From the NCBI GenBank assembly GCA_025558095.1, contig JAIVFI010000003.1:496001-560000 (forward strand): a stretch of 64,000 nucleotides of DNA, written 5' to 3'. A program made the position numbers and the translations under genes. Under the pieces are notes generated by a model. The model ran no database searches, was not told the origin of the DNA, and was given only the letters and a program-made list of their open reading frames with translations. This document shows positions 47,501 through 59,700 of this stretch, one piece after another (position 1 is the stretch's first letter; every line of letters begins with the position of its first letter). This DNA comes from Hyaloraphidium curvatum SAG 235-1. Lineage: Eukaryota; Fungi; Monoblepharomycota.

Positions 47501-49675
47501 TTCGGCCACGGAATCACGGACCGCTGGGCTAGATGGCTGGATCTCCGCAGCAGCCGCCGAAAGACCTGAAAGAAATGCGGGTGTGAGCCCCGTCATGCAC
47601 ATGGCGATGCGTGGCTGACCTCGAAAGTCTGTGCCTCGAGCCTGGTCCGCCATCCGCTCCGGAAAAGCCTTGGCAATGCGCAGAGGAGGCCTCCTCCGCC
47701 TTGCCCTCGTCAAGATGCTCGGGCTCGCGTCGCCCTCGTCGTCGTCCTCTTCGACGTCCGCTGCAATGTCCGCCCGACCTTCCTTTGCCGGCTCTTCTTC
47801 CTCCGGATGCACCGTGAACCCCGCTGGTCCAGCCGTCGGCGTTGCGTTGACCATGGCCGGACTCGGCGGCCCGTCCGGGACCTCGATCGAAGCAAGCTTG
47901 CGTCTCGCGGGGGTTTCCGCGGCTAGCACCTGGCCGTCCGAGGATCCGCGTGCGGGGGCCGCATCCGAACTAAGGCTGTCAGCCTGCAGGATCTCGGGGG
48001 GATCCGGGTGCCTGATGAGGCTCCGCCTCGCCCGGCTTTTGGGCGCCGGTTTCGGGTCGTTCGCGGGCGGCGATGACGAGAGCACGACCAGGGGCCGCGC
48101 TGCCGGAACCACTGGCACCAGGGTGGCGCGATGCCCCGAAAATGCGGCCAAGTCCGATTCCTGCTTTCCTGTCCCGGCCACAGGAGACGGGAAAAGTGCG
48201 TCGACGTCCACGACCGCCGCGGGAGGCCGAGACGCGGAAGCCTGCGGTGCAGCAGTCCGGTCCGTTGCGTTCGGCGAGACGATGCGCCTCTTCCTGCCAC
48301 CTGGTGCGGAGGAGGGCTGGCGGCGCCGCGTCCGCCGGAAAATAATGCTGGGAGAAACGTCGCCGGCGTCGCAGTCCATATCCGCCTGGATCTCCATCTT
48401 CGGGGTCTTTGTCGCGGCGACAGGTGCCGTGTTGCCGGGGCCGTTCCACGTCCGCCGCCGGTTCGCGGCGGGCGGGGTGCTTTCCGGCAGGAGGTGCTCG
48501 CCAAACAGCTCGTCGCCGAGCTGCGACTGCGGCACCTCGTCTGGCACCATCTGCTGCGTCCCCGTGACGAAGGCTTGCGAGAGCCTGGCCGGCGAGGTCT
48601 CGAGACCATTCGCAGCCCAATCCTGCGCGAACCGAACCCCGGAGCTGCCGCGCGTTGGGCTGTCCCCGCCCGACTCCAGATCCAGACCAAACAGCTCTGC
48701 GTCCCGGAAAAGCTCGGCCGCCGCTGGCTCGTTCCCGCGGGTGAGCAGCCTCCTTTTCCTCCTCCGGCCGTTGTGCGACGACGAGACGGGGTCCATGGGC
48801 TTTGTCCGGTTGGCCGTGGGGGCACTGGGCCGAACGCGGTCGGTCCTCGGCGTTCCCAGCAATGCATCCTGTTCGTCCCCGGAAGCGTCGTCGTGTGCGT
48901 CGATTGCTGGATTTCTGCGTGCACATTAGGCAAGGCAACGCATGCGTCGAAAAGACGACCAAACTTACGGTGGCGGAAGAAGCCCTGCGAGATCGCCGTA
49001 CGACTGCCCGTCTGCCTCGGACCGATCGAACGCGGGCCCCAGTCCGAACCCGTTTTGGTCGCTGTGCTCGAAGGGGAACGCCGCATCCGCGTCGCTAGGC
49101 AGCTTGAACCGCGCCGGCGTCTCCTCGAACGCGCGGCCTGCAGCGAGCTTCCTCCGCAGATCCTCCATGGCGGCCGTCGGATCCTGCGCGGCGGCGGGGC
49201 CGCCGACGCCGACTGCTGGGGACTCCATGCTAGGGCTCCATTGCAGGGCCGCGGGCCTGCCGGGGCCGAAGGGCGTCCTCTGGCCGACGTGGAACTGGTT
49301 GATCCCGGCGTGCGAGAGAGGTGCCCAGGGGGTGTGCGCCGCGCCGTAGCCGCCGGGCACGAACGGGCTGATGACAGGGGAGGAGGAGGGGAACAGGTTG
49401 GGGAATGCAGCAGGCGAATCCCTCTGGGGCCCAGACAGGTACGGCGTCTTGAAGCGCTGCCGCGTCAGCGGTGCCCTGTGCATTGTCTGCGACGGCCCGG
49501 TCCTGTGCCGCTGCGCGGCGGGCACCCTGTCCGGCGTCGAGTTTGCGGCTTGCTCCGCGTCCGGGTCGTCCACGATGGCGTCCGATGGCCGGTCGCGCAG
49601 GCTGCGGAGCCGCGATGCGGGGTGGCTGGCCGGGCCGAGCTCCGAGAGGCGCCGCTTGCGCGCCGGCGCGGCCAT
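41588..49675 (-). CDS. BRCA2: BRCA2/Brh2 homolog, multi-exon; start 49675 or 49957
   Basis: Five to six BRC repeats (FxxAxG); DNA-binding domain WVANHYRWIVWKLA, LNQLRYR|YEQEVNRGRRSA, ELTDGWY, NANSTRRARWDARLG. An intron at ~48916-48968 joins the upstream exon in frame. Confidence 0.92.
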
Positions 49676-50224
49676 GCCGTTCGAGGTGTAGCTTCCGTGG
49701 TCGGGGTAGTGCGGCGGGGCGGTCCGGACCGCTCGTCCAGGCAGGGACGTGCGCCTCCTGCCGCGGCTCCGCGTCGAGACCTCCGCGTCCGACAGCGGCC
49801 CCTGCGACCTGCGGCCCCGCGCCGTGCGGACGGGTCCCGGTGCCGGGCTCGCAGACCGTGCCCGGCTGTCCTCCGAGCCGCTCCCGCGTGCGCGCCTGAT
49901 GTTCGCCTTCGTGCGCGGCGGGTCGGCCGTCTGCGAGCAGCCTTTGCGCCGCGTCATTGGCGCGCGGGCCGCGGGGAGCGGGTCGGCCTCGTCGCGGGGG
50001 TGCCGCCGCTCATCGGCCGCCCGTGCGCCGCTGCGCCACCGGGAGACTCAATCGGCTCTAGAGCACGCGCAGCCGCGCAGACAGACCCGCCCACTCAAGC
50101 CGCAGGCCGGACGGTCTTCGGAGGTGGCTCCTTGGGGACGGGCGACCCAAACGATCCTCTCTTCGCCACCTTCAATAGAAAATGCCAAGTCTACTGACGC
50201 CGCAGCCCATCTACAATGCCAGCA

Positions 50225-51302
50225 TCAGCTCTGCAGCCTGCAGTTGCTCATCGAGAACAGCAGGATGTCCTTCGCCCCGACCGCCTCCAGCCTGTCCATG
50301 ATCTCGGCCGCGTCGCTCTTGAGCACCATCGCGCTCATGCTGACCCAGTCGTAGTCGTCCAGCGGCATGATGGTCGGCGCCTTGTTGCCCGGCGTGATCT
50401 TTGCGCACTCCTTGATCTTTTCGCGCGGCGCGTTGTACGTGCACTGGACGTAGCGGTTGGCGTTCCACACGCCGCGTATCCGGTTGGCGATCCGGTCGAC
50501 GAGGGCCAGCTTATCCGCCTGGGGCATCCGGCCGTCGTCCACGGCCGATTGGCCGCCCTGGGATTTCGGCTTGGAGATGAGCACGGCCTGGGAGGTGAGG
50601 ATGGTGTGGATGGCGGTGAGGCCCGCGGCCCTCATCGTATCGCCCGATTCTGGAAACGGCTATCAGGGGGAGCGGCCGCGCCGCGCCGACGCGGGACCCA
50701 CCGACGAGGTCGACGATGCCGTCGGCCAGCCCCAGTGCGCAGGCCGCCTCCACCGACCCCGAAACGTACTCGATGTGGGTCGGCGTCTCCGTGCCGACCT
50801 CCTTGTCCAGCTTCTCAAAGAAATTCGTCGCCATGGTAGTGAAGCTCGTCACCACCCGGCGCCCCACGAGCTGCTTCGGGTCCGTGATGCCCGAGTCCAC
50901 GGGCACCTGCACGCACAGGCGGCATTTGCCAAAGCCCAGCTGCATCAGTTCGTTCACTTCCACGCCGGCCTCGGCGACCATGTCCTGGCCCGTGATGCCA
51001 AGGTCCACGTTGCCCTCGCCGACGAACTTGGCGATGTCCGCCGCGGGCAAAAAGAGCAGGGCCAGGGGAAAGTTGGTCGCGATGGCAATGTCCAGCCGGT
51101 TTTTCCGGTAGAACTGGATGTCCGCGCCCTCGACGAGCTTCAGCGCATGCTCGGCGAGCCGGCCCTTCTTTGGCAACTGTCCGGCGCCCGCGGAAAGTCA
51201 GCCCGGCCGTCGAACCCCATCGCGGCACAAAGCACCCACAGCAAACAAAAGCTTTCCGTGGAGATCGCTGATCCCGCCGAAGCTCGATTTCTCGGACGCC
51301 AT
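50225..51302 (-). CDS. HIS1: ATP phosphoribosyltransferase; two introns
   Basis: LLFAV|PKKGRL, DIAKFVGEGNVDLGITGQD, FGKCRLCVQVP, SGSVEAACALGLADGIVDLV|ESGDTMRAAGL, ITPGNKAPTI. Confidence 0.96.
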
Positions 51303-51569
51303 GTGGGGAGCGGGCGAGCCGGGCACGCTGATTTCGTCGCGGATCGAGAGGAAGTGGAGCCCGTTGAGGGCGGAGTTGCTGGGTCTCCTTCTCTCCCGCT
51401 CGGGCGTGGCCGCGTTTCCGTTCGCCTGGTCCTCCTTGACCATCGGTGGCGCGGACACCACCACCAGCACGAGGTTCTGTTGACGCAAAGGGATCGGTAG
51501 CGTCGCGTCGATCGCCCAACGTCGGATAGGGTCCCCGCAAACACCTCAGTTCCCGGACATTTCGCAGCG

Positions 51570-52569
51570 ATGGATCCCTCTGCGCCCCCGCCCTCTGTTG
51601 CCTTCCCGCCGCAGTCTGCGACGCCGCCGCTGCCGCCGTCGTACCAGACACAGCGGCCCGAGCAGCACGGCTGGAACGACCCGCCGCCCGCGTCGTTCTC
51701 GGCCGGCGCGTCATCCCGCCGCAAGGCGCCGCGGCTCGCCGGCAGCTATCTGAACCCGCAGCACGCGCCGCCGCCGCACCCGCTGCCGCAGTACCCCGCC
51801 GGCCACCCGCACCACGCGGGCCACGAGGACGCTCCGGTCGGCAACGGCGCCCCGGCATTCGAGGCCGCTTACGCCCCCGCCGGCCCCGCGTACGGCGTGC
51901 CGCCCCCCGCCCTCGCGCCCACGCCGCCCCCGCAGCACGCGGTGGCCTACCGCCCGGCCACGGCGACCCCGGAACCGCCGCGCACCGTCACCCCCACCGC
52001 CTCGGCGTCGCCGGCCCCGGCACCCACGCCGCCGCCGCAGCGGGTATCCTCCGTGTCGCCCGCGCCGGCGGCGGCCGCGGCACAGCCCTCGCAGACCCCG
52101 GTGCTGCAGGCGGACTCCGAGGCCATCCTGGCCTCCATCCGCCAGGCGATGGACGACGCGAGGGCCAACGTCAGCGATGTGGGTTGCTTTTTGGGCCCTC
52201 CTGGAGGACCATTCGCTGACGCTCGCGCGGCAGACCCCGAGCAAGCGGATACTGGACGACTCGGAGCGGAGGCTAAAGAGCCTGACGGACAAGCTGGGCC
52301 GGAACGCGCTGGCGCCGCAGGTCCTCCAGCTCCTCATCGAGCTGTCAGATGGTGAGTTGCCCGTTCTTCTTTCGCGGACTTTGTCTGACGTGTAGTGGTG
52401 CTTGATCCCAGGCCTCACGAAGAAGGACAAGGCCGCCGCGTCGGCGACCGCGACGTCGCTCATGTCCGCCGCGCTGGCGTACTCGAAGGAGGGCGACGAC
52501 AGCGGCTGGTCTGTTGGCTTGAAGCGGCTGGTGGTGGACGTCTGGGCCAAGGCGGTGCCCACGGAATAG
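51570..52569 (+). CDS. Proline-rich protein with SRA1/Sec31 C-terminal domain; two introns
   Basis: GWNDPP motif; KRILDDSERRLKSLTDKL...WSVGLKRLV. Confidence 0.8.
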
Positions 52570-52729
52570 CGGGCGGACGGTGCCGGCTGAGACTGTGTCG
52601 AGGAAGTAATCTACTGGCAAACGTAGGAACGAAACTTTGGAAGGAGTAGATCTTGCTACCAGCTACCAGGTCCGTGGGGAGGAGCACTTCCATCCGATCG
52701 CGGACTTCGCGAAGGAATATGAGCACACA

Positions 52730-53068
52730 ATGCAGGCCCGTCACGCCCTCAAACCACTCCTACGCGTCGCCTGTCCCCGTGTCAGATGCGCGTTCTATCG
52801 TACCGCATCGATGGGGGGTCGGAAGGACGGCAAACCCGGCCAGACGGACGCGGAATCGCGGACGGCGGACCTGAAGGCCCGCTCCCCCAAGGAACGAACA
52901 AACGGCCCGGAAGACCCGGCACCGATCAGCGCCGCCTTTGCCGAGACCAAAGCCGCGGTGGAGTCGGACCCGGAGCTGGCGGCCCTCGTGGACCGGATCG
53001 TGGCCCAGCTGGAGGACTCGCCCGCGCGGGCGGCGTTCCAGGCCCTGAGGAATCCCCCGAAGCGATGA
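52730..53068 (+). CDS. Small hypothetical protein, possibly mitochondrial
   Basis: Coding-like codons in the 3' half and an Arg-rich N-terminus. Confidence 0.35.
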   Translation: MQARHALKPLLRVACPRVRCAFYRTASMGGRKDGKPGQTDAESRTADLKARSPKERTNGPEDPAPISAAFAETKAAVESDPELAALVDRIVAQLEDSPARAAFQALRNPPKR

Positions 53069-53493
53069 TCGGAAGCACGCTTCGGCGCGTCCTGGCGCTG
53101 CGAGCACACATTGAACGTGGTGGCGTTAGGGCTCGGTCGAGGTGGACTCATTGAGTTGAAGCGGGCGGAGCAGTGTGACCATGCCGCCGGTGATCTTGAA
53201 ATGGCAGCCGGAAAAGTTGTCTGAGGCTGGGGCGGCAGGGTCGAACGCGAGTGGAGCCTCAGCTCCGAGCTCGGAGGGTATGTTGTTGGGCGACGCGTCC
53301 AGGCGGCCGCCTCGACGCATAATCTCCCTCTCGGCCCCGACGGACGTCGACTCGCTCACAAAAAGACGAGGTATCAGGTGTTTTGTGGCATCGTGCGTAG
53401 GTTACATATAGTTGTCTCTGAAGATACGATCGGGTATCGTGCTGTTTGCTCTGGCTCAAGTGCAGTCCACTTTGCATTCGGGCCCCCGTCCGG

Positions 53494-55416
53494 TCACGCG
53501 AGCAGTGCACCGGGAACGTAGGCCTCGGCGTCCCAGAAACAGTCTCCCCTGCGCACAATCTCCTGCTCCGACTCGAGGCTGCCGCCTTCGACGAAGCAGC
53601 TCAGGTCCCCCACGGCGAGGAGGAGCCTGACGATGTGCTCGTCGCGCAGGCCATGCCAGCGGTACGACAGGACGCGCTTGCCGCAAGCCATCTTGATCTG
53701 CTGGATGACGACGACCAGGCCGCGCACGAGCGTCCTCAGGCCGGTCTTGACCCCCTCGAGCGCGTCCGCGACCCGCAGGCAGGCCCGGCCCATGTCCTGG
53801 TCCACCTGCCTCGCGAAGCCTCGCAGCTGGATCTGGTGCTGCTCGACCTTATCGAGGAAGGCGTAGGCCACGCCCGTGATGCCGTCCATGGAATCGTGCA
53901 CGGCCCTGAGGCGGCGCGCATAGCCCGGTGCCGAGGCCAGCCAGTCCCGAACGCCCCGGAGGGTCTTGAGCAGGGCCAGGGCTTCGCGGGCCCGGCCGTC
54001 GAAGTGACACGCCTTCCTGGTCTTGCCGAGCTCCTCGGTCGAGGCGAGGACGGTGAGGAAGTTGTCGAAGGCGCCACCGTGCTCGAAGGGGGTGTTGAAG
54101 AGGTCGAGGAGGTTGTCGGCGATGGCAAGGGCGGCGGGGCTCTTGGGGTTGGCGAGAGCCGGGGCCGCCTTGCGCGGCTTGAAGACCTTTGCCTTGAGGA
54201 TCTCGAACCTGATGCGGCATTGGTCGATGATGTTGACGGTGTCGTCCGAGCCGCAGCTGGAGGCGGTCGAGGTGGGGCTGGGCACGGCCGTCGAGTCCGT
54301 GTCGGAGTAGGCGTCGACGGCGCCGTCCCTGGTGACGTCGAGGCCGAGGGTGGTCCACGCCTCGATCTCCAGCTGGTCCGTCTCGAGCTCGGCCGCGGGC
54401 TTAACGTCGTGCGCAGCGGCCGGCTCCGGAGCGGGCTGCTCGACCGGCTCGACGTAGAGGTCGACGACGGAGGCGACGGCGGAGGCGTTCTGCTCGTCCT
54501 TGTCGGTGAAGATGATGGGCTCGATGGAGTAGGCGAGCTTGATGTCGACGATGTACTGGTCGAAGATTTCCGAGACGGCGCTGTAGGTGCTGTCGGTCTC
54601 GGACTTGGAAAGGGCGTCCTCGGCGACGTCGGTTTCGATGCTCGCGGTGCTGAGCTCGATCGACTCGCGCAGGTGCTTGAGCGAGTGCAGGCGGGTCGGG
54701 ATGATCTGCAAAGAGGGCACAGGTTAGCATGCATCGTCGTGGGCCTGCGCATGCAACTCACCACCTTGTCCAGCGCGAGCGCGTCGGACACGGAGTCCTT
54801 GATGCCCTTGGGCTCGAACGCAGGGGACGTCTGCGTGTTCGAGTTGTCCTTGAGGATCTCGGCGATGTCGATGCCGGTCTGGGTGCACGGCTGAAATGGA
54901 GACGAATGTCAGGGGTGGCTTCCATCGAAGCAAGGCAGCGACGCACCTGAGCGACGATCGAAACAATGGGTATGATGGGTATGATGGCAGAGACTTCGGT
55001 GGCCTTGGGCAGCTCGATGGTCTGGACGGCGGCGACGATGGCGGTCTGCGTGACAGGTGGCACTAGGTCAGCGGCTGCGGGCGAGAAGCGCAGGCTCAGA
55101 TGCGCCCTACCTGCTCCACCGTGGGGGTATCAATGCTTGCGATGGCGGCGGCGTCCTCGGGTTGGGCGGGCGATTCGTCGGTCATCTGCGAAATGGCGGG
55201 GGGAGGTGTCAACAAAGGGTGCACTCGCGCTCACACATCCCCGGCGGCGACACCCACCTCGGCGAAAATGGCCTTGAAGGAGTCGATGACCGTCTCGGCA
55301 GCTTCGGGTAAAGACTGGGGAGGGCGGGACGGCGTCAGAGGGGAAAGTGGGCACCCGGCGCCGGGCCTCACCTCGGTGAAAAAGCGCTGCGCGCGACGCA
55401 GGGCCTGCTTGAACAT
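53494..55416 (-). CDS. Hypothetical multi-exon protein; 3' end uncertain
   Basis: Strong codon bias, several GT-AG introns, 408-codon last frame; no recognised domain. Confidence 0.65.
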
Positions 55417-56696
55417 ATTGTTTGGAGCTTGGAGCTCGGAGCACAGGACACGTTGAGGCAAAGCACGGGTGCTGCGGCGCGAAGAGCCGGGGCAGTGTTT
55501 GCGGTGTCGAGTGCAATTCTCTCAGTTTCAATTGCCGCCGCCTTATGTACCTTGCGGAGCGCTAGGTTAGGTCACGCGGCCCCTCTGCTGCTCCCTGGCC
55601 TCGCACGCGGTCCTGGAGGGTCGCTCGGTCGTCGCGGGACCTCTGCGAGCTTCAGGGAGGCACCGCCGGGGGCGGCGCGGCGCCCGGAAGCGGTGGGGCG
55701 CCCGCGGGATTCCCGGGCCTCCCCCTGGATCTTTTGACGCGCTGGAGTCTCCTGGGCATCTTCCGGCGCTCCGACGGCGAGCGCCAGACCGAGAGGGCTC
55801 TCCTCGGCCGAGAAGCCTCACCGGACCGATGGCGTGTCGTTTCGAATTCGCCAACCGAGGAACTGGAGCCCAAAAGTCATGTCAGCTTTACATTCCGTCG
55901 TGGATGAGCAAGTCCTGGCGCTCCACGGCCCATGCTTTGTCTTCCGTGGTTCCAAGAAGTAGATGCCTTGCGGAATCCCACTCGCGCGCAGCGAGCGTCG
56001 GCGATCGCGGATCCGCGGTACCCAAGCAATTCCAGGCCAATCTTAAACCGTGGCCAAAGCTGGAAACGTGCCGAAAGAACTTGTGTGCTGCAATATCTCC
56101 CCGAGAGGTGGTGCAACGAACCGGCGGGCCTGATCCGGACATTCCACCGAGCGGAACCCATTATCGACCCCCGGATCACCTCAGAAAAATGCTTAAAATC
56201 CGGATGCCGCGCATTCGTGTTCAGCTCAGCGGGATTGAAGTTTCGGGAGCGGAGGCCGTCGGGGACAACATCACTTGGAACCGCGGATCCCCCAATCCCC
56301 CTCCGGCTCCAAAACGGGGCGGTCGCGCCGTAATCTCTTTCATTCACTTTCTATCCTTGCTGAGGCGCGAGCGGGAGTCAAGGCGGCCAGAGAAAAGCGT
56401 TGCAGCGCGTGTTGCGTTGGAGTGTGTTTGGGTGGACGGTCGACTGATCAACTATTGCTTTGCGATCACTGGGCTGATCGCCCTCCGAAGCTCGAACGTT
56501 GGCTGCGGTCTACAGGCAGATCTATCCTTGAAAACGACGCAATTACCAGCGTGATGATGTGAACGTTTTCATGTGGGCCCTGGAGCGTCTCGACCCCCGG
56601 GACTGAGCCCGCGACGGTGATGCTCATCTTGGCGGCGATGGAGGCAACGATTTGGGACAGGATATCGCGTTCGACTTTTGTATTCTTGCTGCATTA

Positions 56697-58232
56697 TCAC
56701 TTGTTGCTTCCGGGTATCGACAATGAACGGTTCCTGCACCTGCACTCCGGGCATCACGCGTCTCAAGTCCGCCGCACCTGCCCCGACGACGCCGCCTCAC
56801 CCCTCGGCCTCGAGCATCACCGCCTTCCTCACCCTGTCCCACATCTTCTGTCTCTCCGCCTCGCTCCTCCTCTTTTCCTCCTCCAGCTCCGCCCTGACCG
56901 CCTCCAGCTCCCTCTCCAGCTCTCCCACTCTCCCCTGGGCCCCCTTTGCCCCCTGGAGCTCCCTCTCTAGCCCCTCGGCCTTCGCGACCGCCACCTCCAA
57001 ACCGCGCAGCGCCTCCCTCGCGCGGGCCTCCCACCTCGCCGAACGCCGCTGCGAGTCGGCCAGCTGCGCCGAGAGGTAGCCCAGCTGCCGGCGGTGGAAC
57101 TCTTCACGCCCTTCAGCGAGCCGGAGCAGCGCGGAAGAGTAGGCGGAGAAGCCGGGCACTGTGATGGAGGCGTCCGCGGGGCGCGGGGGCGAGTCGTCGC
57201 CCGAGGCGCCGGGGGAGGAGAAGGCGGTGCCTGCCGTGTCGGGCTGGGGCGTGCCGCCGCCGCTCGAGGCCGAGTCGGGGCTCGCGGTCGCGCGGATGGG
57301 GGTGGGGCGGCCGGTGGCGGCGCGGGAGCTGCCCGGGCCGGCGCTTCCGGGGGTGCTCTTGGGGTCGGCGAAGCGGGCGCGATATTCGGGATGGGGGTCG
57401 CGGCGCAGGGTGAGGACCATGCCGTCGAGGAGCGAGGGCGAGGCGGGTTCGGCGATCGTCTGCGAAACGGCACAAGGCAAATTCAGCACATCGGGGCTAA
57501 CACGAACTTGCATGCATGTACGGAGCTTACCTCGGCGGACCGCTCCCCGCGCTGCTCAGCGTCGCCAAACAGCCTGCCCCTCCCGTGCGCAAAGCGCGTG
57601 ATCTCGTCGTCGTCCTCCTCGTCCTCTTCATCGGCGTGCTCCTGCTCGTCGCCGCGCTGGGGTATGATGCGCTCCGTGACGGGGCCGAACGAGACCGACT
57701 GCGACCGCGGCCGCTGCGGCGTCTCGCCGACAATGTCCGATTCGGGGGCGGGGGGGCGTGCGGGCTGGCGCTGCGCGGCCCTTGTCGGCGCTGCCTTTGT
57801 GGGGGTCGGGGCCGCCGAGTGCCTGCTGCGCTTCGAGGGCGGCGCGGAGCCCTTGCCGCCGACCAGCGGGTCGCTGGGGCTGCTCGCCGACGACTCGGAG
57901 CCGTTCCTGCCCCGCCGGCCGGGCCTGTTCGGGGAGCTCTCCTGGGCCGCAGCGGGCACGCCGTCCACCTGGTCGGTGCTTGCTGCGTCGCCCCGCTTGC
58001 GCTTCTGCAGCCTGCGGCGCGGCGCGGGCGGCGAGCCGTCGTTCTTTGCGGGCGAGTCGGGCATCTCGGGGTAAATCTCTGCGAGCTTCTTGCGGCGCGA
58101 CGAGTTCGGGTGGTCCTCGCTCTTGACGGCGGTCGCCGGTGCGGGCAGCTCAAGCGCGTCGCCCGACTTGGGAGCGATCCAATACGGCGTCGGTGGCTGG
58201 CGGCTGCGCTTCACAACGGAAGGCGTTGTCAT
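56697..58232 (-). CDS. Hypothetical disordered protein with C-terminal coiled coil; intron 57460-57530; last exon approximate
   Basis: SP/TP-rich and basic N-terminus, heptad-rich C-terminus. Confidence 0.65.
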
Positions 58233-58383
58233 GATCCACCCGACCGAGGTGTCGACGGTTGGTGCGGGGACAGCCGTCCCCGCGGTTCGGCCGCTCGCGG
58301 ATCAAGCGACGGAGTCAGAGTCCGTTGCAGGACACCTCACACACTCCACACCCCGCTTCCGCCCGAGCAAACACCGCATCGCC

Positions 58384-59518
58384 ATGGCGGGGCCCGCGAA
58401 GAAGCCGAAGCTGGACCATTCCGACGGCCCGGCGCCGCCCGCGTTCGACTACGCCGCCTGGCTGCTGCGCAACCCGCCCGACTCGCCGCACGACGCAGAC
58501 GTGGCCCGCATCGCAAAGTTCGTCGGCACGCAGCTGGAAAAGGGCCGCCGGATCGCGCTCGTCACGTCGGGCGGCACCACCGTGCCGCTGGAGCGCAACA
58601 TGGTCCGCTTCGTGGACAACTTCTCGGCCGGCACGCGCGGCGCCGCCTCGACAGAGCACTTCCTGCGCGCGGGCTACGGCGTCGTGTTCCTGCACCGCCA
58701 GCACTCGCTGCTGCCCTACTCGCGCCACTACTCGCACTCGCGCCACTGCTTCCTCGACTTCATGTCCGGCGGCAAGGACGGGCGCGTGGAGGTGCTGCCC
58801 GAGTACGCCGGGGAGATGCGGACGGTGCTGGAGGAGTACAGGCGGGCGCAGGAGCAGGAGCAGCTGCTCATGGTGCCGTACGTCACCGTGCAGTCGTACC
58901 TGCACTTTCTGCGCGAGATCGCGCGCGCCCTGGAAAAGGCGGGCTCCTCGGCCTTGCTTTACCTCGCCGCGGCCGTCAGCGACTTCTACATTCCCCGGGA
59001 CGAAATGGTGGGACCGGCGCGGGGCTGCCACGGGCTCTGCCGATGGCTTGATGCCAAGCATGACTCCACAGGCGGAGCACAAGATCCAGTCCAGCGGCGG
59101 CGGCCTCGAGCTCCGCCTCGATCCCGTCCCCAAGTTCCTCAAGCCCCTCGTCGGCGAATGGTGCCGCGACGCCTACGTCATCTCCTTCAAGGTCGCTGCC
59201 CCGCCGCTTCCTCGCGACCGCGGCTGACGTCCCTTCCTGCAGCTCGAGACGGACCCGGCGCTCGTGGTGCCCAAGGCCCGCGAGGCGCTGGCCAAGTACG
59301 GGCACCAGCTCGTGGTGGCCAACATGCTCACGAACCGCAAGAAGGTCGTCACGCTCGTGACGGCCGAGGACGAGAAGGAGCTGCACATGTCGGACGTGGA
59401 GCTGGAAAAGGGGCACGAGATCGAGGAGAAGCTGATACCGGCGTGCATCGAGGCGCACGACGCGTGGATCAAGGACCTGAAGGTGGGCAGCGCGGTCGCG
59501 GCGCGCGGGCGGTGCTGA
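58384..59518 (+). CDS. CAB2: Phosphopantothenate-cysteine ligase (PPCS); two introns
   Basis: [55 protein letters not shown]|LETD, VVANML. Confidence 0.96.
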
Positions 59519-59700
59519 CGTAGAACGTTGCAGGAGTTTCGGGACGGGCAGCTGGAGGCGCCGGCGCCCGGGATGGTCGAGGAGTGAACGGGACCGGCCT
59601 TGTCTTGATATGCTGCTTCTTCATTCTACAGCTACAGATGATGATCGCCAATACAGCGGAACCGTGCCCACAAGCCCTGTGCCTCGTCTCTCCCGCTCCT

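Noticed and set aside
55829-56554. 241-aa ORF in a lower-GC intergenic region
   Set aside because: No codon bias or motif; no RNA family recognised.
4603-59518. Possible CoA-metabolism cluster (CoA Nudix hydrolase and PPCS)
   Set aside because: More than 50 kb apart with many unrelated genes between.
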